NCBI GenBank assembly: GCA_944389515.1
Contig: CALXMQ010000001.1
Coordinates: 7,079 to 71,078 of the forward strand
Reading direction: 5' to 3'
Length of the DNA stretch: 64,000 nt
From: an uncultured Alphaproteobacteria bacterium
Lineage (GTDB): Bacteria; Pseudomonadota; Alphaproteobacteria; Rs-D84
The position numbers and the translations under genes were made by a program. The notes beneath the pieces are model-generated. The model saw only the letters and a list, made by a program, of their open reading frames with translations, made no database searches and was not told where the DNA came from. The first letter of the stretch is position 1. Each line of letters opens with the position of its first letter. Of the stretch, positions 43,654-54,113 are shown one piece after another.

Positions 43654-44262
43654 ATGAAAAAAATTTTATTCGCGTTGTTTTATGCAATGGCGCCGGTGGT
43701 TGCATCGGCCGCCATTGATTTGTCTGGGGTGGCGTCGGTAAATGTTACCAGTGATACGGCGGCGACTGCAAAAAATATGGCTTTTGACGAAGCGCGCCGT
43801 CAAATTATTACTGATGTGTTGGGGCAATATTCAATCCCAGACCAGTTGGATGCAGTTATGCAAACGGCTAAATCTGCTGATTTGACAAATTTAATTGCGT
43901 CGTCATCGATTGATGGTGAAAAACAATCTGATACGACTTATTCTGCAAATATTACAATGACGATTGATGCGGATGCGGCGCGTGCATGGATGAACGAAAA
44001 TAATATTCAAAATTGGCTGACAGACGGAAAATCAGGTGATATGTGCGTGGTGCAGATTGTGATGTCTGATAAGTTAGCTGGGTGGATAGAATTGAATAAT
44101 ATCGCACGTACCGAAGGTATAGATTTAGATACCAAGTATATAAATGGTAACAGGGTAACGATTGAAATACCAACGTCTTTGCGCAGTGCGTTTACAATCG
44201 CTATACGTGAAGCAGGTTGGCGTTATGCTGACCAAAATGGTGTATTGCATATCATAAAGTAA
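43654..44262 (+). CDS. Hypothetical exported protein
   Basis: Start at ATG 43654 (MKKILFALFYAMAPVVASA). No family recognised. Only 15-20 nt from the flanking OM protein genes. Confidence 0.7.
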   Translation: MKKILFALFYAMAPVVASAAIDLSGVASVNVTSDTAATAKNMAFDEARRQIITDVLGQYSIPDQLDAVMQTAKSADLTNLIASSSIDGEKQSDTTYSANITMTIDADAARAWMNENNIQNWLTDGKSGDMCVVQIVMSDKLAGWIELNNIARTEGIDLDTKYINGNRVTIEIPTSLRSAFTIAIREAGWRYADQNGVLHIIK

Positions 44263-44266
44263 TTTT

Positions 44267-45145
44267 ATGTTCAAAAAAATATCTGTGATTTTATTTTGTT
44301 TGTGTGTGCCATTTGCTGCGATGGCGGATGACGCAGAATCTTTGTTCGGGGTATCACATAATGACCAAGTGTTGAAATTTTCTGTGCGCCGAATTGGGCT
44401 GGATTGGTCGAAAACCCAGGTTCGTAATGCCGCAGAATATCAAGATTCACCCGTGTCTGCATTAAATGCCACCAGCCAAGATTATATCAAGGGGGCGTTT
44501 GATACTATTTTGGAATTTACAAAAAATAAATTCAAATGGGATAACAGCCTGATTATGGAATATGGTAAAACAACACTGAAACCATATGATGCACCGGCAA
44601 CAACTGATGATAATGCAGACAAAATTTTATTTTCCAGTGATTTATCTTATTCTTGCTGGGAATTTGCTGGGTTAAAATTTGGTCCAACGGTACGTGCCGC
44701 GTATGAAACACAATTTCAAGACAGTGATTCTTTGCCACGACAAAATATTGTTCGTTCCAGTGCTGGTATTTCTTTGTTTGACCATGATGTTGTCAAAAGT
44801 TTATATTTAACCGGCATACATGAATATGATTTTACATATGCTGGGGCGCAAAATAACAAGTTCGGTGCAGAATTTGGATGGCGTTTAGAATATGGTATTC
44901 GTGACGGGGTGAAATTGTCGTCTGATGGATATTATCGTGAATATTTTTCTTATTCTGAATATGTTGGAACTGATTTAGAACGTGATTTTAGTGCGGTGTT
45001 GCGTTTGGATACAAATTTGTGGGGGCATTTTACAATGGGACCATATGTGCAATATCGTTTGGCCAAGGCGCGTGGCGCAGAACATTACGGCAGCAATTTG
45101 ATTGTTGGCATTTCTTTTAATTATATAACTGATTTCTTGTTATAA
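44267..45145 (+). CDS. Hypothetical exported protein, beta-rich (possible OM protein)
   Basis: 292 aa with signal peptide MFKKISVILFCLCVPFAAMA and an alternating aromatic/polar pattern. No family assigned with confidence. Confidence 0.65.
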   Translation: MFKKISVILFCLCVPFAAMADDAESLFGVSHNDQVLKFSVRRIGLDWSKTQVRNAAEYQDSPVSALNATSQDYIKGAFDTILEFTKNKFKWDNSLIMEYGKTTLKPYDAPATTDDNADKILFSSDLSYSCWEFAGLKFGPTVRAAYETQFQDSDSLPRQNIVRSSAGISLFDHDVVKSLYLTGIHEYDFTYAGAQNNKFGAEFGWRLEYGIRDGVKLSSDGYYREYFSYSEYVGTDLERDFSAVLRLDTNLWGHFTMGPYVQYRLAKARGAEHYGSNLIVGISFNYITDFLL

Positions 45146-45147
45146 TT

Positions 45148-47559
45148 TTATTTCACAATGCTGAATTGTATTGCGGTGGCGCCGCCCATTTCGTCTATGA
45201 CCCGAACGGTATGGTCACCAATCGGTGTATTGTGTGTAAATGTTTGACCAGATATGCTGGTGCCAATCATTTCATTATCCAGAAACCAGAAAATTTTTAT
45301 ATCGTCCATGTCTGATATGGCGCGAAAGGCGATTCCTTGGGCGTTTTTGTCGGATAATATTACCGTACGTGTTCCGTCAACCGGTGATAATATTATTGGT
45401 GCGGTATGGGTGGTGGTAATGGCGTCCAGGTTGCATCCAGGCATAAATGGGGGTGGGGTGTTACGTGAAATGCCGGCACGTTGAAACATGTCTAAATATT
45501 CTGCATCCCAAAATTCATATACAGCCATGTGTGTTGTGTTCGGGTCACGTGTGCAGGCGCGCAGACCTGTTTTATTATCAATGGGAACAGCACGATAAAC
45601 AGATGATGTTGCGATTGGGGATTTGCCGGGAATAAAATATGCACGAACTGTTTTGGGACAATATTTTCCGGCCAATCCGCCGACGTCGGCACACATATCA
45701 ATTTCTGATATATTCAAATCGTCACGCATAAAATTATTGTTTTGTATGCGTATACCGTGTGTTGCGTAATATTTAGATGTGGCATTGGCCAATGCAAAGT
45801 ATATTGGGGCGGCGGCGTGTGCGCCACTGAACGCGTTATTTGGGGTGCCGTCAAAATTACCGACCCATACAATCAAAACAAAATCACCAAATATGCCGGC
45901 AGTCCACGCATCGCGAAAAGAAGACGATGTTCCTGTTTTCCAATAATGGCGCAGTGTGTTTTCTGGTTCTTTTGCAAATGGAATACGTTTTGTCGGGGTG
46001 TATTGGTGTGCCAGCATGTCCAACGTTATAAAAAAAGATTCAGGACTTAAAATTTGTGAAATCGCGTCGTGTGGTTCTGATATTTTTGTGCGTATATTAT
46101 AACGTGTGCCCAGATTTGCCATTGTCGCATAAATATCTGCCAGTTCAAACATTGATACTTCTGCACCGCCCAGGGCAATAGAAATTCCGTAATAATCTGG
46201 TGATTTCAGGTTTGTAACACCAGATTTGGTCAATATATTATAAAAATTTTTTGTTCCGATTTGGCGCAATAAATTTATTGCTGGTATATTTCGTGATAAT
46301 GTCAATGCATCGCGAGCCAGCACAGGACCAAAAAATTCACTGTCTGAATTTTCAGGTGCGTATACGCCAAAATTTATTTTTGCGTCTTTTAGTAAAGTCA
46401 TGGAATGTATCAATCCCATGTCAACGGCGGTTGCGTATATCAATGGTTTCAGTGTAGATCCCGGACTGCGTCGGGCACGCACACCATCGTTTTCACCAAA
46501 TATAGATTTATCAAAATAATTCGCAGATCCAATATATGCCAATGTTTCCATTGTTTTATAATTTATCAGTATTGCTGACGCATTATTTATGCCATTGTTG
46601 CGCTTTTTTGCGATTTCTGATTCCAAAGTATGTTCTAATGTTTGTTGTAAATCTAAATCTAATGTGGTTTGTATTGTTGAATTATGTGTGCCAATATCTG
46701 ACCAATAATTATTGTTTTGTGATATTTGATAATTTATAAAATGCGGTGCATAAAAAGGTAAATTATTCGTGGTGCGTACATCCAATGGCATTTGTGCCAA
46801 TGCAATCAGGTTTTTGTCTGTTGGATTTTTATCAACCCAACGTCGAACCAAGTCACCACGCATATTCATCATGTTTTTTAACCCGGAATCTGTGTTCAAA
46901 CCACGCTTGGTCGGGTTTTGTGGAATCGTAGACAGTGTTATTGCCTGGATTGTTGTTAAATCATATGCTGGTTTATCAAAATATATCAAAGATGCTGCGC
47001 CAATACTTTCAATATTGCCGCCATATGGTGCCAAGTTCAGGTATGCTTCGAGTATTTCATTTTTTGAATAGAATAAATCAATATAAATTGCCGCGGCAAT
47101 TTGTTTCAGTTTACCCATGATTTGTCGCGTGTCCAGGTGATATTTTATACGGGCAACCTGCATTGTGATGGTGGATGCGCCAGCCGGGTTTTCAACACCA
47201 GAAAAATAGTTTATTGTGGCGCGTATCAAAGATATTGGGTTTATTCCAATATGATATTTGAAATATTTATCTTCGTATAAAATGGTTGCGCGTTGTACAT
47301 CTGGGCTGATTTTATCCAGTGGGGTGTATAATCTGTATTTATCATCTGCGGATAATGTTATGCGTAATAATTTTCCATTTCTGTCAAAATATGCGCGTCC
47401 AAAATGTGTGTCAGATAGTAATGGTGGGGTAAAAAATATTTTTATAATAATCCATAATAAAATTAAAATACCAACGGTTATATATAAAACCCGATGGCGG
47501 CGCATATGCGTCGCCATACGATGGATGATTGTTTTTAACCTAGTGGTTTGGTGTTTCAT
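45148..47559 (-). CDS. pbpC: Penicillin-binding protein 1C (bifunctional glycosyltransferase/transpeptidase)
   Basis: GT51 motifs (RATILYEDKYFKYHIGINPISLIRA, GASTITMQVARI), transpeptidase SxxK (GSTLKP) and a C-terminal PBP1C-specific domain. The start overlaps the stop of the alpha-2-macroglobulin gene. Confidence 0.9.
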   Translation of the reverse strand: MKHQTTRLKTIIHRMATHMRRHRVLYITVGILILLWIIIKIFFTPPLLSDTHFGRAYFDRNGKLLRITLSADDKYRLYTPLDKISPDVQRATILYEDKYFKYHIGINPISLIRATINYFSGVENPAGASTITMQVARIKYHLDTRQIMGKLKQIAAAIYIDLFYSKNEILEAYLNLAPYGGNIESIGAASLIYFDKPAYDLTTIQAITLSTIPQNPTKRGLNTDSGLKNMMNMRGDLVRRWVDKNPTDKNLIALAQMPLDVRTTNNLPFYAPHFINYQISQNNNYWSDIGTHNSTIQTTLDLDLQQTLEHTLESEIAKKRNNGINNASAILINYKTMETLAYIGSANYFDKSIFGENDGVRARRSPGSTLKPLIYATAVDMGLIHSMTLLKDAKINFGVYAPENSDSEFFGPVLARDALTLSRNIPAINLLRQIGTKNFYNILTKSGVTNLKSPDYYGISIALGGAEVSMFELADIYATMANLGTRYNIRTKISEPHDAISQILSPESFFITLDMLAHQYTPTKRIPFAKEPENTLRHYWKTGTSSSFRDAWTAGIFGDFVLIVWVGNFDGTPNNAFSGAHAAAPIYFALANATSKYYATHGIRIQNNNFMRDDLNISEIDMCADVGGLAGKYCPKTVRAYFIPGKSPIATSSVYRAVPIDNKTGLRACTRDPNTTHMAVYEFWDAEYLDMFQRAGISRNTPPPFMPGCNLDAITTTHTAPIILSPVDGTRTVILSDKNAQGIAFRAISDMDDIKIFWFLDNEMIGTSISGQTFTHNTPIGDHTVRVIDEMGGATAIQFSIVK

Positions 47560-50500
47560 TTAATACGGTGAATATACCTGGTTTATCGGTGGCATTGATT
47601 GATGGATTATACATTGATTGGGCGGTAATGGCAGGAACTATAAATTTACCGCCAGCACCGATTTGCACATTGTATGTAAATGTTTGTTCTGAACGGGTCA
47701 GGTCTGTATATATTAAAACCCTGTCTTCACGCATTTCGATAAATTCCATATTTCCCGTGGCAGATTCTGGGGTTGGAATAAATCCGCCAGGCAATAAGTC
47801 TGTGATAACAACATTATCGGCAACATCGACCCCACCACGTGTACGTGCAAATATTTTAACAGTTATAATATCACCCAGATTGGCGGATGTTATTTTGTCG
47901 CCATCAGCATTATAATATTCGCGAATTATTTCAATCCCGTTTGATGCCGGATTGGGGGCTGTTGGATACCCTTGCTGTAATAATGTATAGTATGCGGTGT
48001 CTGAATCACTGCAATTTGCGCAATTTATTTCAAGGCTGGTTGCATTTGATGGGATTTCTGCGATAACCCCAGATTGGGTTGTTTTTACGATTGGGGTTGC
48101 ATCTGTGTCTGTTGTAATTGTGACCGATGATATTGGTGCATTATTATTACCAGACATACCCATTATGACAATCGCGGATGTGTACGCACTGTACATACCT
48201 GATTCTATATATTTACGGATGGATATTGATTGCATTGGGTTTTGTGATGAAAAATATTTGTTCAAGATGTAATAATACATCGCATCATTGGCAACGTTGT
48301 TATTAAACAGGCTGCTGTATTCAAAATCAGAGTTTGCAGATTCTTTGTATTTGGCAATTAAATTCCGTGCCAAATCTTCTTGTTGTAATATTTTATAAGA
48401 TGCCGCGATATATATGCCCATTAAATCGGATTCCCAATCAGGAATATTTTCATTTGCATATTGGGTAAATGCATCAATATAACTGGTTGTGACAAAATCG
48501 TTTGATGAAATGACATATATGGCATATGCCACAGCGCGTGCGTATGCGGCATCTGTTATTGTGCCACCTGCAAATGTGCGCAGGTAATCAATGCCACGTG
48601 ATAACATATCATTTGGTACTGGGAACCCAGCATTTTTTGCAATGGTTAAAAATTGTACAACATATGATGTCAGATATGCTGAATCTGTATTTGATTGATT
48701 GGCACGTGGTGTTGCACCCCCAGACCACAGTGCAAATGAACCGTCGTCGTTTTGACGATTGCGTAATGTATTTATTGCCGTGGTAATTTTGGTTGTGGCA
48801 TTATCAAATGTTGTTCCCAAAATTTCATTGTTTGGCATTACCGCATACGGTATTGCACGTGAAACAATTTGTTCTGTACATGGATATTCATAATTAGCCA
48901 AGTATTCAAACAAAGGCATTATATATGCCGCTGCGCCACGTGATATATATAAACGTCGTGTTGCGTATTCTGGGTACAGGTCGATTGCAAAATCTGATAT
49001 TTTTGTGATTTCTGAATCAATTAAATCTGATTTGATATATGTGTTAAATGTTGTTGCTGGGCGTACAGATATTGCTGTTGTGCCGCGGCGTGAAATATCA
49101 GATGCAGTGGCATTAAATGATACCGTGGCATTACCCAGCGCATTTGTTGCACGTGCAGTAAATGTAAACAGTTTTTCTGCGTTTGTTGCAATCGGTGCGC
49201 GTGCTGTTTGGGCAGACGTAATTTCAATGCCATCCGTTGTATCAGACATAACAGATATATCCGCGTTGTCGCCGGTCATGTTGGTGATAACAGTGTTTAT
49301 ATCAAATATATCGCCAGGTGCAACCGCGGTTGGTGCAGATGTTGATATAATAATTGGTGATTGCACCAATGTTTTTGTATCCGCAGAACCAATCGCAGAT
49401 GTGTTTGCCGCAACCGCGAATATTTGCAATTCGCCATTAAAATATTCTGGTATTTCAAATTGTATATTTGATGGGGTATTTGCGTGTGCGTCAATTATAC
49501 CAGAATAAAATGCAACCGGGGGCAGGGTGGCACGACCAAATGGATTGTTCACGATTTGTTCAATGGCACCATCGACACCGTAATCGCCACCGCCAGTTTT
49601 GGCGTATTCACGTAATATGTTGTATTCAGGTAATAACAATGACAATATTTGAAATGTATCAACCTGTAATGCAGATTTTTGGAAAAAGTGTGCCAAAGGA
49701 TTTGGAATTTGATATTTTGCGACCTGTAAAATTCCGGTGTTTACCGCAAATATCATCAATTTAGCATCTTTGTTTGTTGTGTATTCAACGTTTAATTTAC
49801 CGTCAGATACAATATCGGGTGCATTTAATTTTATTTTAATATTTCGTGCAGATGTGTCCGCAGAAAAAGGTGCCACAGCATACGCGTATGGCGTGGTGAA
49901 AATATCGCGGCTGTTTATATCGCGGACGAACGAAACGTTTATATATCCAGTGCCTTCAAATCCACTGGGTAATTTAATTTTTTGTACAGATGTTGTAGAT
50001 GTGCTGGTAAACCATTTGTATGCATAAACTTTATCGCGTTCAATCGTTATCAAACCTGTGCCAGTATATGGGGCGGTTATATTGATTGTTATTTCTTCGC
50101 CAGGGATGTATTCTGATTTGTTTAATTTTATGGCTAATTCTGCGTTTGTGTCAGATGACAATGTTTCATTTGTTTGACCGGCAACAAAATATTCAATATT
50201 TGCCAATATTCTGTCAGATGAATCTAAAATTTGTAATATGTATGATCCGCCGTTTGTTGTGTTTAATGTCAATTCTGTGCCATTGACAGGAATATTTATT
50301 TGTGATTGTGATATTATCTTGTCTTTGGACACAGTTTGGTATTTGTACATATTGTTGTAATCTTTGATTAAACTGGTTTGTTTTTCACGACGTATAATAC
50401 GCATTGTTAAACCGTCTGTGGCCATTGGTGTTGATGTGTGATCAATAGAAATCAATTTAATATTACGTTTTGCATTGCGATTGATGTATGACAAATCGCT

Positions 50501-53290
50501 GGTGGCATGCCATCCAATTAAATACTTAGCATTTGATACATTTGTTGTTATGTTGGTTTGAACATTTATACCAGAATTTTGTTCAAATCCACGTATGTTT
50601 AATGCCAATTTGTATGTACCATTTGGGATGTTTGTATCAAATTTAATATCAAATTTTGCCGCACCGTTGGTGTCTGTAAATACATCTGGGATGGTGGTGG
50701 AAAATGTTTGCGCACGGCGAACAGTGTTTTCTGATAATCCTGTGTCAGATATAAAGTTTGGTGTGAATTTATATTCAGGATATTTATCAAAAGTAAATTC
50801 AACTGGGGTCAATGTCGCAGTGGCGCTGATTTTGCGATTCGCGGCCGGGGTGCCAAATAAATTTCGCAAAGAAACATTAGCAGATAAATTATCTGGTGAA
50901 ATCCATCCGTTATCAGATGCACTGGCAATTTTTGCAGATATTTTCATTGTGTCGGGTGTAAATTCTTGGACATCAAAACTTGTCATGCCCAACATGTCAT
51001 CTAGTTTATCGTTTGATGTCAAAGAATATAGATATGCAGTCCATCCGCCCAATGCGGCATCGTTGGGGATTTTGTATTGTATGTCAAACATACCGTCAGA
51101 TGTCAGTGAAAATGTACGTTCCAGTGCCAAGCGTCCGCGTGAATCACGAATTTGCATTTTAACTGGTATCCCGGCCAAAGATTTGAAAGACTTGTTTTTA
51201 ACAATTCCGCCAACGATTAAATTTTCACCAGGGCGATAAATACCGCGATCTGAAAACACAAATGCGTTCATTGGTACCGCAGTGGTGGAATATGTGCCGT
51301 CAATATTAAATTTAGAATATTCAACGCGCTGGTTGTATGCGTTATATGGAATAAAAGATACATCATTGCCACGACGCGCAACAATCGCCACAGGTTCACG
51401 CGCGTTTTTATATTCAGACCATGGCAGGTTTGGAATATCCGCACGACCATCAGAATCTGTGCGTCCCATCCATACGGCGTTGCCATTGCGACCTAAAACA
51501 CTGATTTCAACATCGGATGCCGGGGTGCCAGCCCCCAGGTTTGATATGAATACAACAGATGAACCGTCCATATTTACTTTACGTATTATGCCTAAATCTG
51601 TCAGCAATATTAAACGTTTGTCGTTGAATTCAGATGCGCTTTCTGATGTGCCAGTTTGAATAATAAATATACCGGTGTTGTCACCATATGTGCGGTCCAG
51701 ATAATCACCCAAATCAATCGAAGCATAATTTGCGCGTGTGGCAGATGGATTTACAAATGAAATTTGTTTTTGAAATACCACAGACATATCATAAACCCCA
51801 AAATTCCAGGACTTAAATTCCATGGCGTTGGCAAAAACGTTATATGTTTGTGATATTAAATGATTTATTTCAGATGATTTAACTTTATATAAATTTATGT
51901 ATGCAGTATCTGCACCACCGCGTGCAACAATACCTAATTCGCGGTTGCCGGCCAATGATAGTAATGCACCATCACCAGCAATAGTTACAGATTGTTCAGG
52001 ATATGGTACACGCAGCACAGTTTTTATACCGTTCTGCATTGTAAAATCATTTGCAGATGTGATGCCTGGGGTTATATCAACGTATATGTATCGTGGTGTT
52101 TTTTCTGATACAGAATATGCAAAAGCGTATTGGTATACGCCATTTGGTGCGGTTAAATCTGTGGCAGATAAATTTAATTTTTCAGATTTTGATATTACAT
52201 CGGATGTTATTTCATCGTTTTTCCATATGTGGGGGGTATTATTTTCACGTTCATCATCATCGCGATATTCTGGTAATAAATATGCGTTGATATGTTGGGA
52301 CCAATTTGTTCCGTTGTGTGCGGCGGTTGTGGTGTTCAGTAATATCAACTGTTGTGCATTGCCGTCATTGTTTGTGGCCACAACTGTTTCCACAGATGCG
52401 ATTTTGAATATATTATCCGCAGATTCAACCGTTATATTCGCAGTCAGTTTTTCTGTACGGCCATCGCCGCTGCGTGCAGGTACACGATTCAGTTTTAGAC
52501 GCATAATTTGTGGGGTGTCGGTTATTTCTGTTGGCGCAGATGTTATGAAAGCGGTGCGGCGAAATTTATCAAACTTTACAGAAAAATCTAATTTTTTATC
52601 ATCCAGTTTCATAGAAACTTTATCACTAAAATCGGTGGTATCAATTTCGTAATTAAATGATATTACTGCAACACCAATTACAGATTTTTTTGCGTCTGGA
52701 TTTGTGTACAGATTAAAATTATCGATTGATGCCACAATGTCTGGGATGGTAAAAGATATACGGGTTTTGTCTGGGGTGACATCGTTATTAAATAAATCTG
52801 AATCAATTTTTACTGTGAATTTAGTATTCGCAGGCCAGTGTGATTCTGGGGTAAATACCAGTGTGTCATTGCCGCGCATATTCCACGTGCCACGAATAAA
52901 TGGGGTTATTTTAATTTGTTTTGATAAATCGGCGCTATCAATGTTGGATTTGAACGCAGGGGCATAGTTTCCAGATTTTACAGTATATGCAATTATCACA
53001 CTGTCGGGATTGGTTATATCACGTGCATTGTTTGGTTCAGGAATACTGTGTGATGTGGCAAAAAACATTGTGTTGTTGTCAGAAAATGTCGCAACGGTTG
53101 GGGCATATGCGTTTGCAATCAGTTTGGTTTTATCATTGTTTATCCCAAAAATCCCCCACAATATGCCGGCCACAATTCCCAACAATAACAATATTCCACC
53201 AACCCAGATTAAAAATCTGTTTAATGGTGTGTTTTTATTGGATTTGGCGTGTTGTTTGGTGATTCGTTTGGACTGTTGTTTGCGTTGCAT
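47540..53290 (-). CDS. yfhM: Bacterial alpha-2-macroglobulin (YfhM/ECAM-like), membrane anchored
   Basis: Start moved to MQRKQQSKR (GGAAGGGG RBS). N-terminal TM helix, very long MG-domain-like beta-rich body, and thioester motif in YEYPCTEQIVSR. Confidence 0.9.
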   Translation of the reverse strand: MQRKQQSKRITKQHAKSNKNTPLNRFLIWVGGILLLLGIVAGILWGIFGINNDKTKLIANAYAPTVATFSDNNTMFFATSHSIPEPNNARDITNPDSVIIAYTVKSGNYAPAFKSNIDSADLSKQIKITPFIRGTWNMRGNDTLVFTPESHWPANTKFTVKIDSDLFNNDVTPDKTRISFTIPDIVASIDNFNLYTNPDAKKSVIGVAVISFNYEIDTTDFSDKVSMKLDDKKLDFSVKFDKFRRTAFITSAPTEITDTPQIMRLKLNRVPARSGDGRTEKLTANITVESADNIFKIASVETVVATNNDGNAQQLILLNTTTAAHNGTNWSQHINAYLLPEYRDDDERENNTPHIWKNDEITSDVISKSEKLNLSATDLTAPNGVYQYAFAYSVSEKTPRYIYVDITPGITSANDFTMQNGIKTVLRVPYPEQSVTIAGDGALLSLAGNRELGIVARGGADTAYINLYKVKSSEINHLISQTYNVFANAMEFKSWNFGVYDMSVVFQKQISFVNPSATRANYASIDLGDYLDRTYGDNTGIFIIQTGTSESASEFNDKRLILLTDLGIIRKVNMDGSSVVFISNLGAGTPASDVEISVLGRNGNAVWMGRTDSDGRADIPNLPWSEYKNAREPVAIVARRGNDVSFIPYNAYNQRVEYSKFNIDGTYSTTAVPMNAFVFSDRGIYRPGENLIVGGIVKNKSFKSLAGIPVKMQIRDSRGRLALERTFSLTSDGMFDIQYKIPNDAALGGWTAYLYSLTSNDKLDDMLGMTSFDVQEFTPDTMKISAKIASASDNGWISPDNLSANVSLRNLFGTPAANRKISATATLTPVEFTFDKYPEYKFTPNFISDTGLSENTVRRAQTFSTTIPDVFTDTNGAAKFDIKFDTNIPNGTYKLALNIRGFEQNSGINVQTNITTNVSNAKYLIGWHATSDLSYINRNAKRNIKLISIDHTSTPMATDGLTMRIIRREKQTSLIKDYNNMYKYQTVSKDKIISQSQINIPVNGTELTLNTTNGGSYILQILDSSDRILANIEYFVAGQTNETLSSDTNAELAIKLNKSEYIPGEEITINITAPYTGTGLITIERDKVYAYKWFTSTSTTSVQKIKLPSGFEGTGYINVSFVRDINSRDIFTTPYAYAVAPFSADTSARNIKIKLNAPDIVSDGKLNVEYTTNKDAKLMIFAVNTGILQVAKYQIPNPLAHFFQKSALQVDTFQILSLLLPEYNILREYAKTGGGDYGVDGAIEQIVNNPFGRATLPPVAFYSGIIDAHANTPSNIQFEIPEYFNGELQIFAVAANTSAIGSADTKTLVQSPIIISTSAPTAVAPGDIFDINTVITNMTGDNADISVMSDTTDGIEITSAQTARAPIATNAEKLFTFTARATNALGNATVSFNATASDISRRGTTAISVRPATTFNTYIKSDLIDSEITKISDFAIDLYPEYATRRLYISRGAAAYIMPLFEYLANYEYPCTEQIVSRAIPYAVMPNNEILGTTFDNATTKITTAINTLRNRQNDDGSFALWSGGATPRANQSNTDSAYLTSYVVQFLTIAKNAGFPVPNDMLSRGIDYLRTFAGGTITDAAYARAVAYAIYVISSNDFVTTSYIDAFTQYANENIPDWESDLMGIYIAASYKILQQEDLARNLIAKYKESANSDFEYSSLFNNNVANDAMYYYILNKYFSSQNPMQSISIRKYIESGMYSAYTSAIVIMGMSGNNNAPISSVTITTDTDATPIVKTTQSGVIAEIPSNATSLEINCANCSDSDTAYYTLLQQGYPTAPNPASNGIEIIREYYNADGDKITSANLGDIITVKIFARTRGGVDVADNVVITDLLPGGFIPTPESATGNMEFIEMREDRVLIYTDLTRSEQTFTYNVQIGAGGKFIVPAITAQSMYNPSINATDKPGIFTVLNETPNH

Positions 53291-53468
53291 ATAAAATACC
53301 CCTTCCTGTGATGAAATCATATTAGATGCGAAACTATCAAATTACAAGTCAATAATTAAAATTTGCTACGGCTTTTTTTGCTTTTAGGATTTTTATCAAA
53401 CAAATCGGGGAGCCCCCACCGGGACGAGAGAAGCGTGTATTTGTCCATAAATAACAAAGGAGGCCATC

Positions 53469-54113
53469 GTGGTATATGGATATATACGTGTGTCGACCGA
53501 CCACCAGACAACAGAAAACCAAAGGTTTGAAATTCAAAAATTCTGTGAAAAGCAAGAATTGGTTATTGATTGCTGGATAGAAGAAACAATTTCTGCAACC
53601 AAAGATTTGAATAAAAGAAAATTGGGGCGTTTAATAAAGCGTATCCAAAAAGATGATTTAATAATTGCGTCCGAGTTGTCACGACTTGGACGTAATTTAT
53701 TACAAATAATGAGTATCTTGCATCATTGTATGAATATTGGTGCCCGTATATGGACAATAAAAGATAATTATCGTTTGGGGTCTGATATTACCAGCAAAGT
53801 ATTAGCGTTCGCATTTGGTTTGTCTGCGGAAATTGAAAGAAATTTGATTTCACAACGAACCAAAGAAGCGTTGGCACGTGTCAAGGCCGAAGGCAAGCGT
53901 GTCGGTCGTCCCCAGGGCAGTCGAAATGTCAGTAAATTAGAAGGACGTGAAAAATATATCGCCCAGAAATTAGCAGATGGCAGCAAGAAAAATGCGATTG
54001 CACGTCGTTTGCACGTTCATCGTGATACTTTGGCAAGGTTTATTGAAGAACGTGGAATCGTTTCAGATAACGCCACAGGCATTAAAATGCAATGCGACCA
54101 CGTGTCAGAATAA
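53469..54113 (+). CDS. Small serine recombinase (resolvase/invertase family)
   Basis: GTG start with AGGAGG RBS. YGYIRVSTDHQTTENQ carries the catalytic Ser. ASELSRLGRN, the E-helix and a C-terminal HTH (IARRLHVHRDTLARFI) follow. Confidence 0.85.
   Translation: MVYGYIRVSTDHQTTENQRFEIQKFCEKQELVIDCWIEETISATKDLNKRKLGRLIKRIQKDDLIIASELSRLGRNLLQIMSILHHCMNIGARIWTIKDNYRLGSDITSKVLAFAFGLSAEIERNLISQRTKEALARVKAEGKRVGRPQGSRNVSKLEGREKYIAQKLADGSKKNAIARRLHVHRDTLARFIEERGIVSDNATGIKMQCDHVSE

Noticed and set aside
53393-53408. hix/gix-like half site TTATCAAACAAATCGG upstream of the serine recombinase
   Set aside because: Only one half-site-like match was found, with no inverted partner by eye. A/T-rich matches of this length are expected by chance in this genome.
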